Assembly (NCBI RefSeq): GCF_037042905.1
Contig: NC_087251.1
Span: 28,646,001-28,710,000, forward strand
Origin: Lytechinus pictus
Taxonomy: Eukaryota
Direction of reading: 5' to 3'
DNA: 64,000 bases
Shown: positions 12,001 to 22,337 of the stretch, piece by piece
Position numbering within the stretch: the stretch's first letter is position 1
Layout: each line of letters opens with the position of its first letter
Translations under genes and position numbers: made by a program
The notes under the pieces: generated by a model
The model's database searches: none
Seen by the model: the letters and a program-made list of their open reading frames with translations, nothing else
What the model was told of the DNA's origin: nothing

Positions 12001-14710
12001 TTAAGTGTAACTTTGCTTTCTGGGCAAAATGATGTTAGATTGAGCCAATGCTTCATGGTTTTAAGAATGTGTATGTGTTTGCTGTGATTTTGGTACACAA
12101 ATTTCAAATTAGCTAAAAAGTGAGATTCATTTTTGTATCTGTCAAATTTGCACTTTTAATATGAAAAAGAATGAGGAAAAGGAAAGAGATTATGATCTCA
12201 TATATAATTAAGAAGAGAGATAAAGTATTTCAAAATGACATATAATGTGCATAAACAATAAAATGACTTATATTAAATAAACAAACAAGATGAGCATTTA
12301 GGTGTCATATGAAGGAATTTAAATCTTTGCTGGTTGAGACAAAATCCAAGTATGTCATTCAAATGAGTGCGAAGAGGAGTTTTAATTGCACTATAACCAG
12401 ATGTGGAATGTCTTGAGAGGATTGCATTTGAGTTATTACTTGATAAATATTTTTTTTTTCTGTACATTCAAGCTTTATTATTGATTATGATAACAGAGAA
12501 GTAGGGAGTGAAATTCAGTTCATTAGTTCATTTTTGTCTCACCTGCATAGCAGAGTGAGACTATAGGCGCCGCTTTTCCGACGGCGGCGGCGGCGTCAAC
12601 ACCAAATCTTAACCTGAGGTTAAGTTTTTGAAATGACAGCATAACTTAGAAAGTATATGGACCTAGTTCATGAAACTTGGCCATAAGGTTAATCAAGTAT
12701 TACTGAACATCCTGCCCGAGTTTCATGTCACATGACCATGGTCAATGGTCATTTAGGGTCAATGAACTTAGACCATGTTGGGGGAATCAACATCAAAATC
12801 TTAACCTAAGGTTAAGTTTTTGAAATGTCATCATAACTTAGAAAATATATGGACCTAGTTCATGAAACTTATACATAAGGTTAATCAAGTATCACTGAAC
12901 ATCCTGCATGAGTTTCACGTCACATGACCAAGGTCAATGGTCATTTAGGGTCAATGAACTTTGGCCGAATTGGGGGTATCTGTAGATTTACCATCATAAC
13001 TTTAAAAGTTTATGGATCTGATTCATGAAACTTGGACATAATAGTAATCAAGTATTACTGAACATCCTGTGCAAGTTTCAGGTCACATGATCAAGGTCAA
13101 AGGTCATTTAGGGTCAATGAACTTTGGTCAAATTGGGGTATTTGTTGAATTACCGCCATAACTTTGAAAGTGTGTTGGTCTAGTTCATAAAACTTGGACA
13201 TAAGAGTAATGAAGTATCACTGAACATCCTTTGCGCATTTTAGGTCACATGACCAAGGTCAAAGGTCAATGAACTTTGGCCATAATGGGGGTATCTGTTG
13301 AATTACCATCATAACTTGGAAAGTTGATGGATCTTTCTCTTGAAACTTGGACATAAGAGTAATCAAGTATCACTGAACATCCTGTGCGAGTTTCAGGTCA
13401 CATGATCAAGGTCAAAGGTCATGTAAGGTCAATGAACTTTGGCCACGTTGGGGGTATTTGTTGAATTACCATCATATCTCTATAAGTGTATGGGTCTAGT
13501 TCATAAAACGTGGAAATAAGAGTAACCAAGTATCACTGAACATCTTGTGCGAGTTATAGTAGTTTTCAAAATCAGCACTGCTGCTATATTGAATCGCGTG
13601 ATGCAGGTGAGACGGCCAGAGGCATTCCACTTGTTTTTAAATTGATGTACTTTAAATGAATGAAATTGTGGGAATGATCGCAGGGCAATTCATCATTTTT
13701 TTCATGACAAACAAATTTTTGAGATAAACATGTGTAAAAGCCAATTTGGATGGGTGAACTTGAATGAAGCGTTTGATTCCATGATAGAGTATCTAATGAA
13801 TATTTTGAGACCGTTAAAAGACATTTTGTGAGATTATTGACAGATTTGAGAGACTTTGAGATTTGAGACACTTTGTGAGAATAGTGATGAAATAGGACAT
13901 TTTTCTTCTGAATGAGACAATATAACAGCAGATTAACTGTGTAGTCCTTGGAGAAATTCTTTTTTTAAGTTTTGCTTTTTAGGTTTAAATGAATCCTTTT
14001 GTAACATTTTTTTAATTTTATCTTTGTTTTAATCTGGCAGGGATTGAGCAGTGGCTTTGGAGGAGGAGAAGATGAAAGTTATAATGTTTATAGTGAGCCT
14101 TGGAGAAAGGATCAGAACGTTGCCAGCAACCTGTACAGACCCAGTAGGAATGCAGACAAAGACGTCTATGGGGATGATCTTGATAACCTCATTAAGAATA
14201 AAAAGTAAGTAATAACATATCGCATTAATGAGGCGCTGATTTTCTAGTTGTCTATTCAATGGTACATATAAATTACTTTAGCTCCAGCTGCTAATGGCTC
14301 TTGGTGTATTCAAGGAAGTAATCCTGTCTGGTACCCATTCACCTCACCTGGGTTGGGTGCAGCACAATGTGAATTTTGAAATATAATGCTATCTGAGCAT
14401 GAAATCTTTTGTATGGGAATGTGAATTTTGAAAGAAATCTGGAGAGTTGTAGACGTTCCATCATTCCTTGATATTTGACCCGTTTTATCCCCATAGGTTT
14501 GTTCCTGACAAAGGCTTTGCCGGGGCAGACAGCTCCAGACGTCGCGATGGTCCCGTCCAGTTTGAGAGGGAGGAGGAAGAAGATGTGTTCGGTCTAGATA
14601 ACTTCTTCAAGACTGTAAAGAAAGCCGACAAGAGGCAGGCAGATGAGAGGAACCGGGATGATTACGAGAGGGGAAGCAGCAGCAGTAGCAAGAGAAGAAA
14701 GGACTACTAG
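82..14710 (+). CDS. SNW1: SNW domain-containing protein 1 (SKIP/Prp45/Bx42), complete spliced CDS, 14 coding exons, 1620 nt = 539 aa + stop
   Basis: Exons 82-98, 1647-1707, 2089-2166, 3198-3362, 4731-4826, 5776-5882, 6505-6609, 7129-7198, 8045-8110, 8865-8981, 11115-11250, 11704-11927, 14041-14204, 14497-14710 join in frame with GT-AG introns. The translation has hallmark SKIP motifs: PPYGHRKGW, DYGDGGAFPEIHVAQYPLDMG, DPMEPPRFK, IPRGPPSPPAPVMHSP, WKIPPCISNWKN (SNW motif), GYTIPLDKRLAADGRGL, DQRLFNQSKG, GPVQFE. Confidence 0.97.
998..1271. repeat. Inverted repeat, ~85-bp arms with ~100-bp spacer (internal part of a DNA-transposon relic) in SNW1 intron 1
   Basis: aaattggcaaatgtgcttcaaaatgtctgaatttgtggacaactctccatttg...cagattttcc (998-1085) is the reverse complement of ggaaaatctgaaaatttgtgtacaaacaaatggagagttgttcacaaattcagccattttgaagcatgtttgccaattt (1187-1271). 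Confidence 0.8.
1273..1352 (+). mobile_element. 3' end of the Helentron-like element family also found at 12531-13636
   Basis: atagtagttttt..tcagcactgctgctatattgaat.gcgt.atgcaggtgagac.gccagaggc..tccacttgtt closely matches 13556-13635. Confidence 0.85.
1647..1707 (+). CDS. SNW1: SNW1 coding exon 2 (ILPKPKQWGQEDEVDLRAKE)
   Basis: tttttccacag acceptor, GAG|GTAAGC donor, phase 2 to 0. Confidence 0.85.
2089..2166 (+). CDS. SNW1: SNW1 coding exon 3 (LRVVSVSRNAAPPYGHRKGWVPRSLA)
   Basis: Polypyrimidine-cag acceptor, GTAAGT donor, conserved PPYGxRKGWxPR. Confidence 0.95.
2917..3103. mobile_element. Palindromic MITE (~185 bp)
   Basis: Termini tatggaggcttcaca / tgtgaagcttccata; internal mirrored ggtcctgaaaaggacc / ggtccttttcaggacc. 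Confidence 0.75.
3198..3362 (+). CDS. SNW1: SNW1 coding exon 4 (DYGDGGAFPEIHVAQYPLDMG...GHGKDK)
   Basis: ctacag acceptor, AAG|GTAGGT donor, highly conserved motif. Confidence 0.97.
4731..4826 (+). CDS. SNW1: SNW1 coding exon 5 (IVHSRPQDLLP...DPELQKPDEESIEE)
   Basis: ttttcag acceptor, GTGAGT donor. Confidence 0.95.
5776..5882 (+). CDS. SNW1: SNW1 coding exon 6 (TAEKTRAALEKIVQSKISAALPVRHAEKTAPAQYIR)
   Basis: tttcag acceptor, AG|GTATGT donor. Not in the ORF track; translated manually. Confidence 0.95.
6505..6609 (+). CDS. SNW1: SNW1 coding exon 7 (YTPSQQGLAFNSGAKQRVIRMVEAQKDPMEPPRFK)
   Basis: ttttctag acceptor, AA|GTGAGT donor. Confidence 0.97.
7129..7198 (+). CDS. SNW1: SNW1 coding exon 8 (TNKKIPRGPPSPPAPVMHSPTRK)
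   Basis: ttttcag acceptor, AAG|GTAAGA donor. Confidence 0.97.
7284..7422. mobile_element. Short MITE, PIF/Harbinger-like (3-bp TSD CAG)
   Basis: cag|gggagcattccatga ... tcatgaaatgctccc|cag. Confidence 0.7.
8045..8110 (+). CDS. SNW1: SNW1 coding exon 9 (VTVKEQQEWKIPPCISNWKNQK)
   Basis: Contains the SNW motif; acacag acceptor, AAG|GTGAAT donor. Confidence 0.97.
8475..8645 (-). mobile_element. Degenerate tRNA-derived SINE; a related fragment lies at ~14275-14372
   Basis: gggattcgagccc reads as a B-box (GGGCTCGAATCCC) on the minus strand. The core ttcacctc.cctgggttg.gtgcagcacaat is shared with 14338-14369. Confidence 0.6.
8865..8981 (+). CDS. SNW1: SNW1 coding exon 10 (GYTIPLDKRLAADGRGLQNPQINENFAKLAEALYIADRK)
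   Basis: ctatag acceptor, AAG|GTAAGA donor. Confidence 0.97.
9052..9180. mobile_element. Short palindromic MITE, Harbinger-like (3-bp TSD CAT)
   Basis: cat|gggcccgtaacacaaagcttagc ... gctaacctttgtgttacgggacc|cat. Confidence 0.8.
9482..10577. mobile_element. Non-autonomous DNA transposon, 1096 bp, short TIRs, 6-bp TSD TATATG, superfamily unassigned
   Basis: tatatg|cagagctaccaa ... ttggcagctctg|tatatg. Subterminal tctcccg repeats; CpG-rich interior 9830-9960. Confidence 0.8.
11115..11250 (+). CDS. SNW1: SNW1 coding exon 11 (AREAVEMRAGMERKVAQREKEKHEEQLR...AGIKSAM)
   Basis: ttttatag acceptor, G|GTAAGA donor. Confidence 0.96.
11480..11670 (+). repeat. Degenerate (GAT)n microsatellite in SNW1 intron 11
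   Basis: Runs of gatgat/gataat; explains the D/M/I-rich ORFs on both strands. Confidence 0.85.
11704..11927 (+). CDS. SNW1: SNW1 coding exon 12 (DNDDDVRERDKIR...DQRLFNQSK)
   Basis: ctgacttctccag acceptor, AAG|GTAAGT donor. Confidence 0.96.
12531..13636 (+). mobile_element. Non-autonomous Helentron-type (HINE/DINE-1-like) element with an internal ~160-bp tandem array
   Basis: Starts in a T-run. 13-bp subterminal IR gtctcacctgcat (12536-12548) / atgcaggtgagac (13601-13613). Short internal IR gtgagac ~12555, (GGC)n at ~12582, about six ~153-192-bp units (cataactt..aaag..tatgga..tagttcatgaaacttgg..ataag..taatcaagtat.actgaacatcc). Ends ...cttgttttt. Confidence 0.85.
14041..14204 (+). CDS. SNW1: SNW1 coding exon 13 (GLSSGFGGGEDESYNVYSEPWR...YGDDLDNLIKNK)
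   Basis: ggcag acceptor, AA|GTAAGT donor. Confidence 0.96.
14497..14710 (+). CDS. SNW1: SNW1 coding exon 14 (FVPDKGFAGADS...SKRRKDY*)
   Basis: ccatag acceptor, TAG stop at 14708-14710, basic C-terminal NLS-like KRRK. Confidence 0.96.
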
Positions 14711-15292
14711 GTTTCCATTCTTCATGACTAGACCTCCTCCTCAATATAATCCAAGTATAGGTTGTATCTTGTTCCTAGGGCTTCACATGGACACTTGTTT
14801 GGAATGATCCATATTGGAATTTCCAGAGACAATGCATGAGTCCGATTATTAAATATTTGCAGTATTCTATGTAATCCTGGGCTTTTATGATGCAATTAGC
14901 CCTGACATGTCGTGCATTAGAGATTCCCCTCTCCTTGCATCAGAGGATTAAATTTAATTAATGGGAATCAACATCATGTACAGGTATAGTAGATGCATGA
15001 GTCGAAACAATCATTTAGACCAGAATATAAAAAACAAGTTTAAGATTTCTGTGCTCCCCAAATATTTGGCTTTGGTTAAAATTACCTTTTTTATCATGTG
15101 CATAGCATAGTTTCATGTCAGGTATATGGGTAGGGGGTGGGGGTGCATATCTTACACACATGTCGTTACACATGAGTGTGCTGTTCTGAAAAAACAAAAA
15201 TTAACATTAACAAATGACATATACCTTAATTTGATAAATGATTCATAGAATTTAAACAAAGTAAACTTGAGTGACAATTCAATTCCTGTCAG

Positions 15293-15298
15293 AATAAA
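15293..15298 (+). promoter_or_regulatory. Candidate SNW1 polyadenylation signal (AATAAA)
   Basis: First canonical AATAAA I saw downstream of the stop, ~580 nt away. ATTAAA variants occur earlier near 14848 and 14948. Confidence 0.35.
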
Positions 15299-15411
15299 TA
15301 TTAACAATTTAGTTTGAAAGGATCTTTATTTTATGATCATTGAAGGTAAATCATGCATCAGTGATCGTAGAAAGGCACAAAATTGATATAAATTGGCTGT
15401 TGCCTTGAATT

Positions 15412-15490
15412 TATCTCGCCTGCACAGTAGAAGTGAGACACAGCCGCCCTTTTTTTTTGGCGATGGCGTCTTCAACCTCAAACCATATGA
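15412..15490 (+). mobile_element. Degraded 5' end of the same Helentron-like family
   Basis: tatctcgcctgcacagtagaagtgagacacagccgcccttttt..ggcgatggcgtc resembles 12535-12598. Confidence 0.6.
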
Positions 15491-15667
15491 TGACTTTTGT
15501 GTAGCTCCAAGGAGCAGGTTCAAGCTATTATCTCTGCTAATAGTTCAAAGTATCTTAATTATCTGTTTCATTAATGGATGCATACTTTGTAGGGCATGGT
15601 TAGTAGGAGCAGAACAATAATTTGTGCATAAGGTTTGAATAATTTGCAAGTATAATGTGGCTTAGAA

Positions 15668-16330
15668 TTAACCCTAATAGCTGCAAGGTGTTTGATTCTT
15701 TTCACTCTCAGCCGTGGGGGGGCATTATGGCCCCCATAAGAACTCAGCCGCAGATTGCGTGATCATGACCCAATTTTGGACTCTTGGAGAGAATCTAAAT
15801 TCATTTATATTAATAAATTATGCTATTTTATTCATTAAATTATACTTTTTGCTGTAATTCACTCAATAAAGCTCTTAGAATGCTAATTTTTTTGTGTGAT
15901 TACTCTTTATTACATTCCTAATAATTGCAAATGGAAAAAAATCTGTTACCAAAATTTTCGACCAATTTCATTGGCGACATTGAATAGCATAAAATTAAAT
16001 GACTATGGTCAATAAAATTAAAAATAATTACTCATTTATGAATTTTCCTGAAATTATTTTTTTATCGACTTTGTTCTAGAAATCATGCTTTTTAGCGATT
16101 TTGGGTCTGACATGCACTTACATAGTGCTGCGTAATTTCGTAACTGCAAACCAGGCATTTTGTTCTCAAACGTTACGCGAGACTTTAATGTAAAAATTCA
16201 GCAAGCGGTGCGTTCAAAACAATTTGCACAGCAGATTCATCATGAGAAAAAAGAGGGGAGGGCCATTATCCTACCCCCCCTCCCCGGAGTGTTAGATGGT
16301 GGATTGTTAGGCCCAGTAGAGTGGAGTTAA
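15668..16330. mobile_element. Old TTAA-flanked MITE, piggyBac-like
   Basis: ttaa|ccctaat ... ggag|ttaa. Subterminal gggggggcattatggccccc mirrored by ggggagggccattatcctacccccc. Diverged. Confidence 0.5.
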
Positions 16331-16376
16331 GATAATTTGCAAATTTCTCTTGATGAAGTTAGTATTGGTGGGTATT

Positions 16377-16498
16377 TTTTGTGTTAACAATTCTGCAAAA
16401 GTGGATCCAATGGTTTTCCAGAGTTTTACCCTATAATTGAGTTTTATCTCTGGTTTTTTACCCTGGATCTACTTGTCGCAGAATTGCTTAACACAAAT
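16377..16498. repeat. Palindromic MITE-like repeat
   Basis: tttgtgttaacaattctgcaaaagtggatcca ... tggatctacttgtcgcagaattgcttaacacaaa. Confidence 0.6.
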
Positions 16499-17650
16499 AT
16501 TCCCTCCAAATTTTTTGCACAATACCTTCCTACATACTTATTTTCCATGATGTTATTAATATGTTGCACAAATAACCCTTTAAAGTCACTCCTAATTTAT
16601 TAAGCATTTCCGAGGTAAATAAATTAAGGGTAATTTCTAACTAGGGGGCTTAAAGTTGCCTGAAAAAAAAATTCATGCACTAAAATACCAACACACCTGG
16701 CTCATAATCCATTGTAAGTGCTTTTGTTCTTTTTTAGAACCACCCCAAATGGTGGCAGCCATAAATTGAAGGTCAGGTCAAATTAACTATATTCAAAGCC
16801 AGTATAGATAAAACAATTTTGAAAATACTCTCTAGTTTCAAGATATCTGACAAGAACAACAAATGAAAAGAAATGGGTTTTTATACAATTTGTTGTTGTT
16901 GGTATTTTAAAGTAATAACTTGGTAATTTTGCCTCAGTAGCCCACCATAGTTGGTTAGTGGGTGTAGGTATTACATGTACACTCTATGTTTCCAGGGTTT
17001 TCAACCTGTCCATCATTCTTTCGACTCTAAAAAAGATCAAAGACCATTGAACCGATCAACAAGTTAAATTATGTATTCACATTGTGAAAGTGATGACGAT
17101 CTCACTTTTGGTTTGTCAAGGTCACATAATTCATATATCTGCAAATTGGTTTGTTCTCATGATAACAAAATATGTGACAGATCAACTTCAAACTTTGATC
17201 ATGTATTTATGATGATCTGATTATTTTTCCAAGGTCAAATAAGTTGTTTGTATCAGAAAATGGCATTGCCCACTAGGTTAAAGATGTCATTCATAAAAAT
17301 GTAATTTCCTTGCAATAATTTAATGGTCCTGTCAACAATGAGATTTAGACTTGATTTGTGTATAGGCATAGAGGAGAGGGAATTTGATTAGGAATTGCAA
17401 GTGTATATTACAGATCTTGCAATGATCCAGGTATTGATGTAAATGGTTTGCAGTCAAGAATCCATTAAGTTTTTGACTAAATTGTTGGATGCAAGTCTGA
17501 TATTATTGGTAAACAATTTACTATTCATATGTCCATTATGGTCGGTACATATCATAATAGCTTGAACCTGCCCTTAAGTCTGTGAAATATGTATACATGT
17601 AATATTCTTATTAATTTTGTATCCTATTATATCTTTGAGAAACACTGTAA

Positions 17651-20600
17651 GACCAGCAGCCCAGAAGATTTCTTCAAGTAAAAGCACCAGAGCAGTTGAC
17701 CTTTTAGATTGATGGGAGCGGCCCTGGACCTCACAAATATGGAATCGTGCCTGGTCTGTGCTGTGGTCTACCAGCTAACTCACACAATTTATGATGTCAC
17801 CATTGAAAGACTTGTCATTTTTTGCAGTGTGTAGAGAGAGGCACATGACATCATCAGACATGACATGCATCTGTCCAAGTGTAAGTGCTTTAATTGCGAT
17901 TTCAATGACTTTTCGTCTACTAGTATGCAATACAATACAATGAGATTTTCCTCTTTTTTTTAAACTGAGGGCAACAATTATGATGGTATTCTCAAAAAGA
18001 GACTATCAGTGTTATTGTCTTTTCCAATTTTTTTGGCCTCGATGCCAGTTTTAGCTATTTCAAATTACCTCCCCCCCCCCTCATTCTCTTATTTTTTGTA
18101 TCTTAACCCATTGATCTCTTGCAGTATCTCTGTTCTTCCTTGCACCACACCCCCTCCCTCTGATTACCCGCATTCCCCTCTCATTCTCATTACCCCCTTC
18201 CACCTCTCCCATTCTTTCTCTCTCTCTTCTCCTGTCTGCATGTTTATCTCTTCATCGATCCATTGATTACTGACTTTCTTTCCCTCCCTGTATTCTCTAT
18301 CCCTCTCTTTCACTTGGATTGTCTTCCTTACGTGTCCTTTCAACATGAATTCATCATGACTGATGTTACAATGTTCTAAATCAGCAGAAAATGTATTATG
18401 TGGCACTATATATATATCAATTACTATTTTTAAAAAGGTAACAATTCAGTGTCGAGTGGAGGAGTCATATCACCTGATTTGACTGCTATGCTTAAATTTC
18501 TGTACATCTTGCTTATATGTTTCTATGAATTCCAATCGCATCCCCGCCCCCATTCCTTTCTGGAAAAATTATGCCCATGTATGTGAAACTACATGTACAA
18601 AAATGATAAACTTGGTCCTTTGCTCTTAGTTGATGGTAAAACCAATGCCTGAGTGACACTGAAAGGTGTGCATCCTTCCGATGTAACCTCAGAATGCGTG
18701 AAGATAAGTGTAGTTTGGCTTAGGGATAAACAGTGGCTCTTGTGAATAAGGTAGAAGACTCGACATAAGCCATCTTCCTGAAAAACACGTGCTCAACTTT
18801 TCATTCCCTACTCTGGAAAAAAAAAATGCTTCATCAATTATCTGTCACAGTATCAAGAAAGTGAAGTGCGATGTCATATTTCGCGAACGGTTCTAGGATA
18901 ACTCCACTTGAATGTTAATCAGAGTTTAAGGCGTCTATCCACTTTTTGGCCTTTTATACTAAACTTGTTTGAGGCAGCTATTACTATGGCTAGCAGTCCT
19001 TCACAGTACTGTCACAGCATTCTAGTTGATTTTCTACATCCCACTTGCACACAGCACTTGTTTGATGTATCCTTGCCAGTTTGAACCTCATAATCTTGTA
19101 CCCCACTGGTTTCAAGTTTTAAACATCCCTAAAGCATTGACATCACCAATGATTGATTTTTGAGAAAGGTCTCCTTGCTTCATCAGCAGATTCTCCATGA
19201 AAGTTGAATATTTTACTTGATTATTCTGAATGTCGGGTCTTTGTAGGTTCTGTTACAGTCATGTCTTTGATAATAAGGAAAGAAAAGGGCAGTAATTTAT
19301 TCCAGATTCAGAGCCTCTTGTCAAAAAAGGCATCCTTGTCTAGATTTTCCTGTGGTTTTTCTGGAAGTGTTATTGATGTAATTGCTTGTGAAGCTAATTA
19401 TAAGTCCATGATTGTTTAGTGATGACTGCTGATCACAGCCCTTTGATGAATTGTTGCTTGATTTCCTTAATGGACTCTACAACCATGCTGCCATTTGGAT
19501 CACATTGGATCGCTATCCTACACTGGGTGATTCAAAGTGCATTTTGACACCAACCATGAAATCACCCACTGAGACCTTGCAATTTTGCTATTAGCAAGAG
19601 CTCTGTGGATCAACTTCTTGATGATTGAATCTATTCTTGTTCCATTGCTCTGATTTCACTTGGCTGTGAAAGAAGACAGAATGTGAAATATTTCCTGATC
19701 CATGTTGTTCCAATCTTTCTTTTGAAGAAGAACAACTACATCTACATCTTAAAGAGTCATTGGGTTAATTCGATCAAGTCTGTTGCTTTCAAAGAAGAAC
19801 AGCTGCATAAGAGGACATCAGTATATCTCCTTTGCCAGAACCATTGTATTTCTGTATGTTAATCCATGTTGACTTGACATCTCTTAATGGATGCATATAT
19901 CTGTTTCATGTGGGTCCGGGAAAGATTCAATAAGCTGGTAACTAGAGATATAATCTCTTTAAACCATGAAGAAATTCACCAAATGGTCTTGCAAGACTTT
20001 AATCCACTACATTACAGTGGCTGCTGTTTTGGGTCAGATGTGAGGTTGCCACAATAGTATTTTGACTGTTGGATTTTTAGGGATTTGTATACTCCTCCCA
20101 GTGGACTCTTTCTTGATCCAGGCTGATTCCACAAGAATACAATCCAGTCTTTCCCTTTTGTAGGAATATTCCGGCCAATTGCCATATTGATGGTCACTCT
20201 GTCAGTAATCTGTTAGCTTCTTACCAGATACTCTCTGAACACCTTGGTAGAGATGGGCAAATGTAGGCTGATATCACCATGGCAGGATCAGCATCCTTAG
20301 TGATTTGTCTAGATATGACCACAGCTCACGTAGTTGCGCCCTGTCCGTCCTCTGCTGCATTATGTGAAGGTTGATCCATTTGATGCTTAATGGATCTTGG
20401 CAGATCTCGGCCATGAAACAGATTTCTTTGAATCCTTGGCTTTGATTGGCTGATTTTAGGCTGGAAAGTCTGACAAGGCAGATATCACAAAGGGTTGTGT
20501 TTGTAGGGATTCACTGTGGTCTAGGTCTGAGAAAGGGATTGTTTAAGGAGGAGCAAATTTTCTTACCAGAGGACTATCTATGTAGGAGACTCCTGGATGT

Positions 20601-21801
20601 GTGTCTTGACAGAAGGTGAAGAAGGAAGGTGATATCCCCGATGCTCTCCATGAAATATTACATTGCACTTTGCTACCCAAAAGCGATTCAGCATTAAAAA
20701 CTACATTTCAGGGAATATGAAGCACCCAGTGTTTGAGGGAACGGCCTATGTTTAACCCGCGGGGTGTGGAGGCTCCCGATTCACATGATACATTGTTGTT
20801 CCGATGCTTCAAACTCCTTTCTTTCAGAGTTTTGAGGTGAATTGGATATGCCAACTCAAGCATGTGTTTTCCCGTAGATGAAAGGGTGAATGACCAAGAC
20901 CACCCCCTCCCTGTCCCTCACCCCCCCCCCACCAAAATATACCAGTTGCCTTTTCTTTACATTTAGATAGGCAACTGTATTTTTGAATTAATTTGGAATT
21001 CATAGAGAACAGATGTATTAGCATTATGTACAGAGAAAGAAGTTTATCAACAATAGGTTACTTATAGTTGATAACACTTTCAATTAAATGCCTTGAGGCT
21101 AAAAGAAAATAAAATCACAAATTTTGGTATAATAAAGAAGCTGATTTATTAGAACATTGTATCAGTCATGATTGGTGAATGTTGAAAGGATGTGAAAGGG
21201 AGGATGAGTGACAGAGATGGTTGGATAGTACAGGGAGGTATGGAGAGACTGCAATCAATGGATTGACGGATGAGATAAACAAAGGAGAAGATGGAGAGAG
21301 AGAATAGAGAAGGGAAAGATTGGGAGGGTGATGAGAAAGAGAGAGGAATGGAGGCAATAAGAGGAGAGGGGGTAGTATGAGGATGGACAGAGGGGCTGCT
21401 AAGAGATCAATGGATTCAGATACACGAAGAGAGAAAGGGGAGTGGTGTCAAAGTAATGGGGAAAAAAAAAGAGAAAAAATGATGTCGCCCTCAACGACAT
21501 GACCTGGGAAATCTCATTGTATTGTTTGTGTACTATTGACAAGTCATATCAGAAATCACAATTAGAAGCACTTTAGTTTGGGCCATGGCATGTAATGTTT
21601 GATGAATGACATGTGCACCTCTCTATACATTGACAAAAAGTAGTCTTTTGCTAGTGATGTCATAGATTGGTGTGGGTCTAGTTGGAAGACTACAGATCAG
21701 ACTGGGTAGAAACTACTTTGTGAGGGGTCAGGGTTTGCCCCATTGATCGAGGTCACTTGCCCTGGGGCTTCTTACTTGAATAAATCTTTTGGGCTGCTGG
21801 T
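17651..21801. mobile_element. Ancient long-inverted-repeat element: ~1-kb diverged arms (17651-~18660, ~20850-21801) around ~2.2 kb of decayed coding-like DNA
   Basis: Collinear reverse-complement matches: accagcagcccagaagatttcttcaagtaa / ttacttgaataaatcttttgggctgctggt; caatacaatgagattt / aaatctcattgtattg; tcatgactgat..tacaatgttctaa / ttagaacattgtatcagtcatga; ctatgaattccaa / ttggaattcatag. The CT-rich tract at 18060-18330 is mirrored by the GA-rich tract at 21190-21445. Confidence 0.8.
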
Positions 21802-21950
21802 TATTTTTTTTTGTAGGTAGGAATTTCCCAGTTATGTAAATAAAATGTATTAAACTCAATTTTTGTCTACTGTTCTCATTTCTTTGTTATTCTTACCAAC
21901 CCACCCTTTAGGAATTTTATTATCCTATAATATAGATTACACCCTGCCAA

Positions 21951-22076
21951 TAGAGGGTTCCAACATGACATCACCACGGAGGACATACATAGAAAATGTA
22001 TAAAAACAATGACTGGTTTGGTGCACAGGGTTTTATTATTTTGTCCTCCAACATGGCTTCATGCTGGAACCCTTTA
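21951..22076. mobile_element. Short MITE (~125 bp)
   Basis: tagagggttccaacatga ... tcatgctggaacccttta. Confidence 0.65.
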
Positions 22077-22337
22077 TTGATGTTATATGGGTCTTATACA
22101 TTAGGCGATTTCCAGTTCAATTTTGGTGTCAGGGTTGGAAGCATAAGATTCCCTTTCATAGCTCTGAAACCTAATCTGAGACAATGAAAGTCATGTCACA
22201 TTAATAGCTCAACTCCTTTTCCTCAGACCAGTGTTCTTTGTTTTTGGAGCTGTCCTACCCTTTAACATCAAAACCGAACTTGAAATCACCAACTACGTAT
22301 CAAAATGAAGTAATCCAAATTTAGAGGGTTTATATTA

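Noticed and set aside
19380..19760. Academ/PIN-like motifs (DVDVVVLL ... GCD) in the fossil element interior
   Set aside because: The motifs are short, interrupted by stops and farther apart than I would expect; too weak to assign a family.
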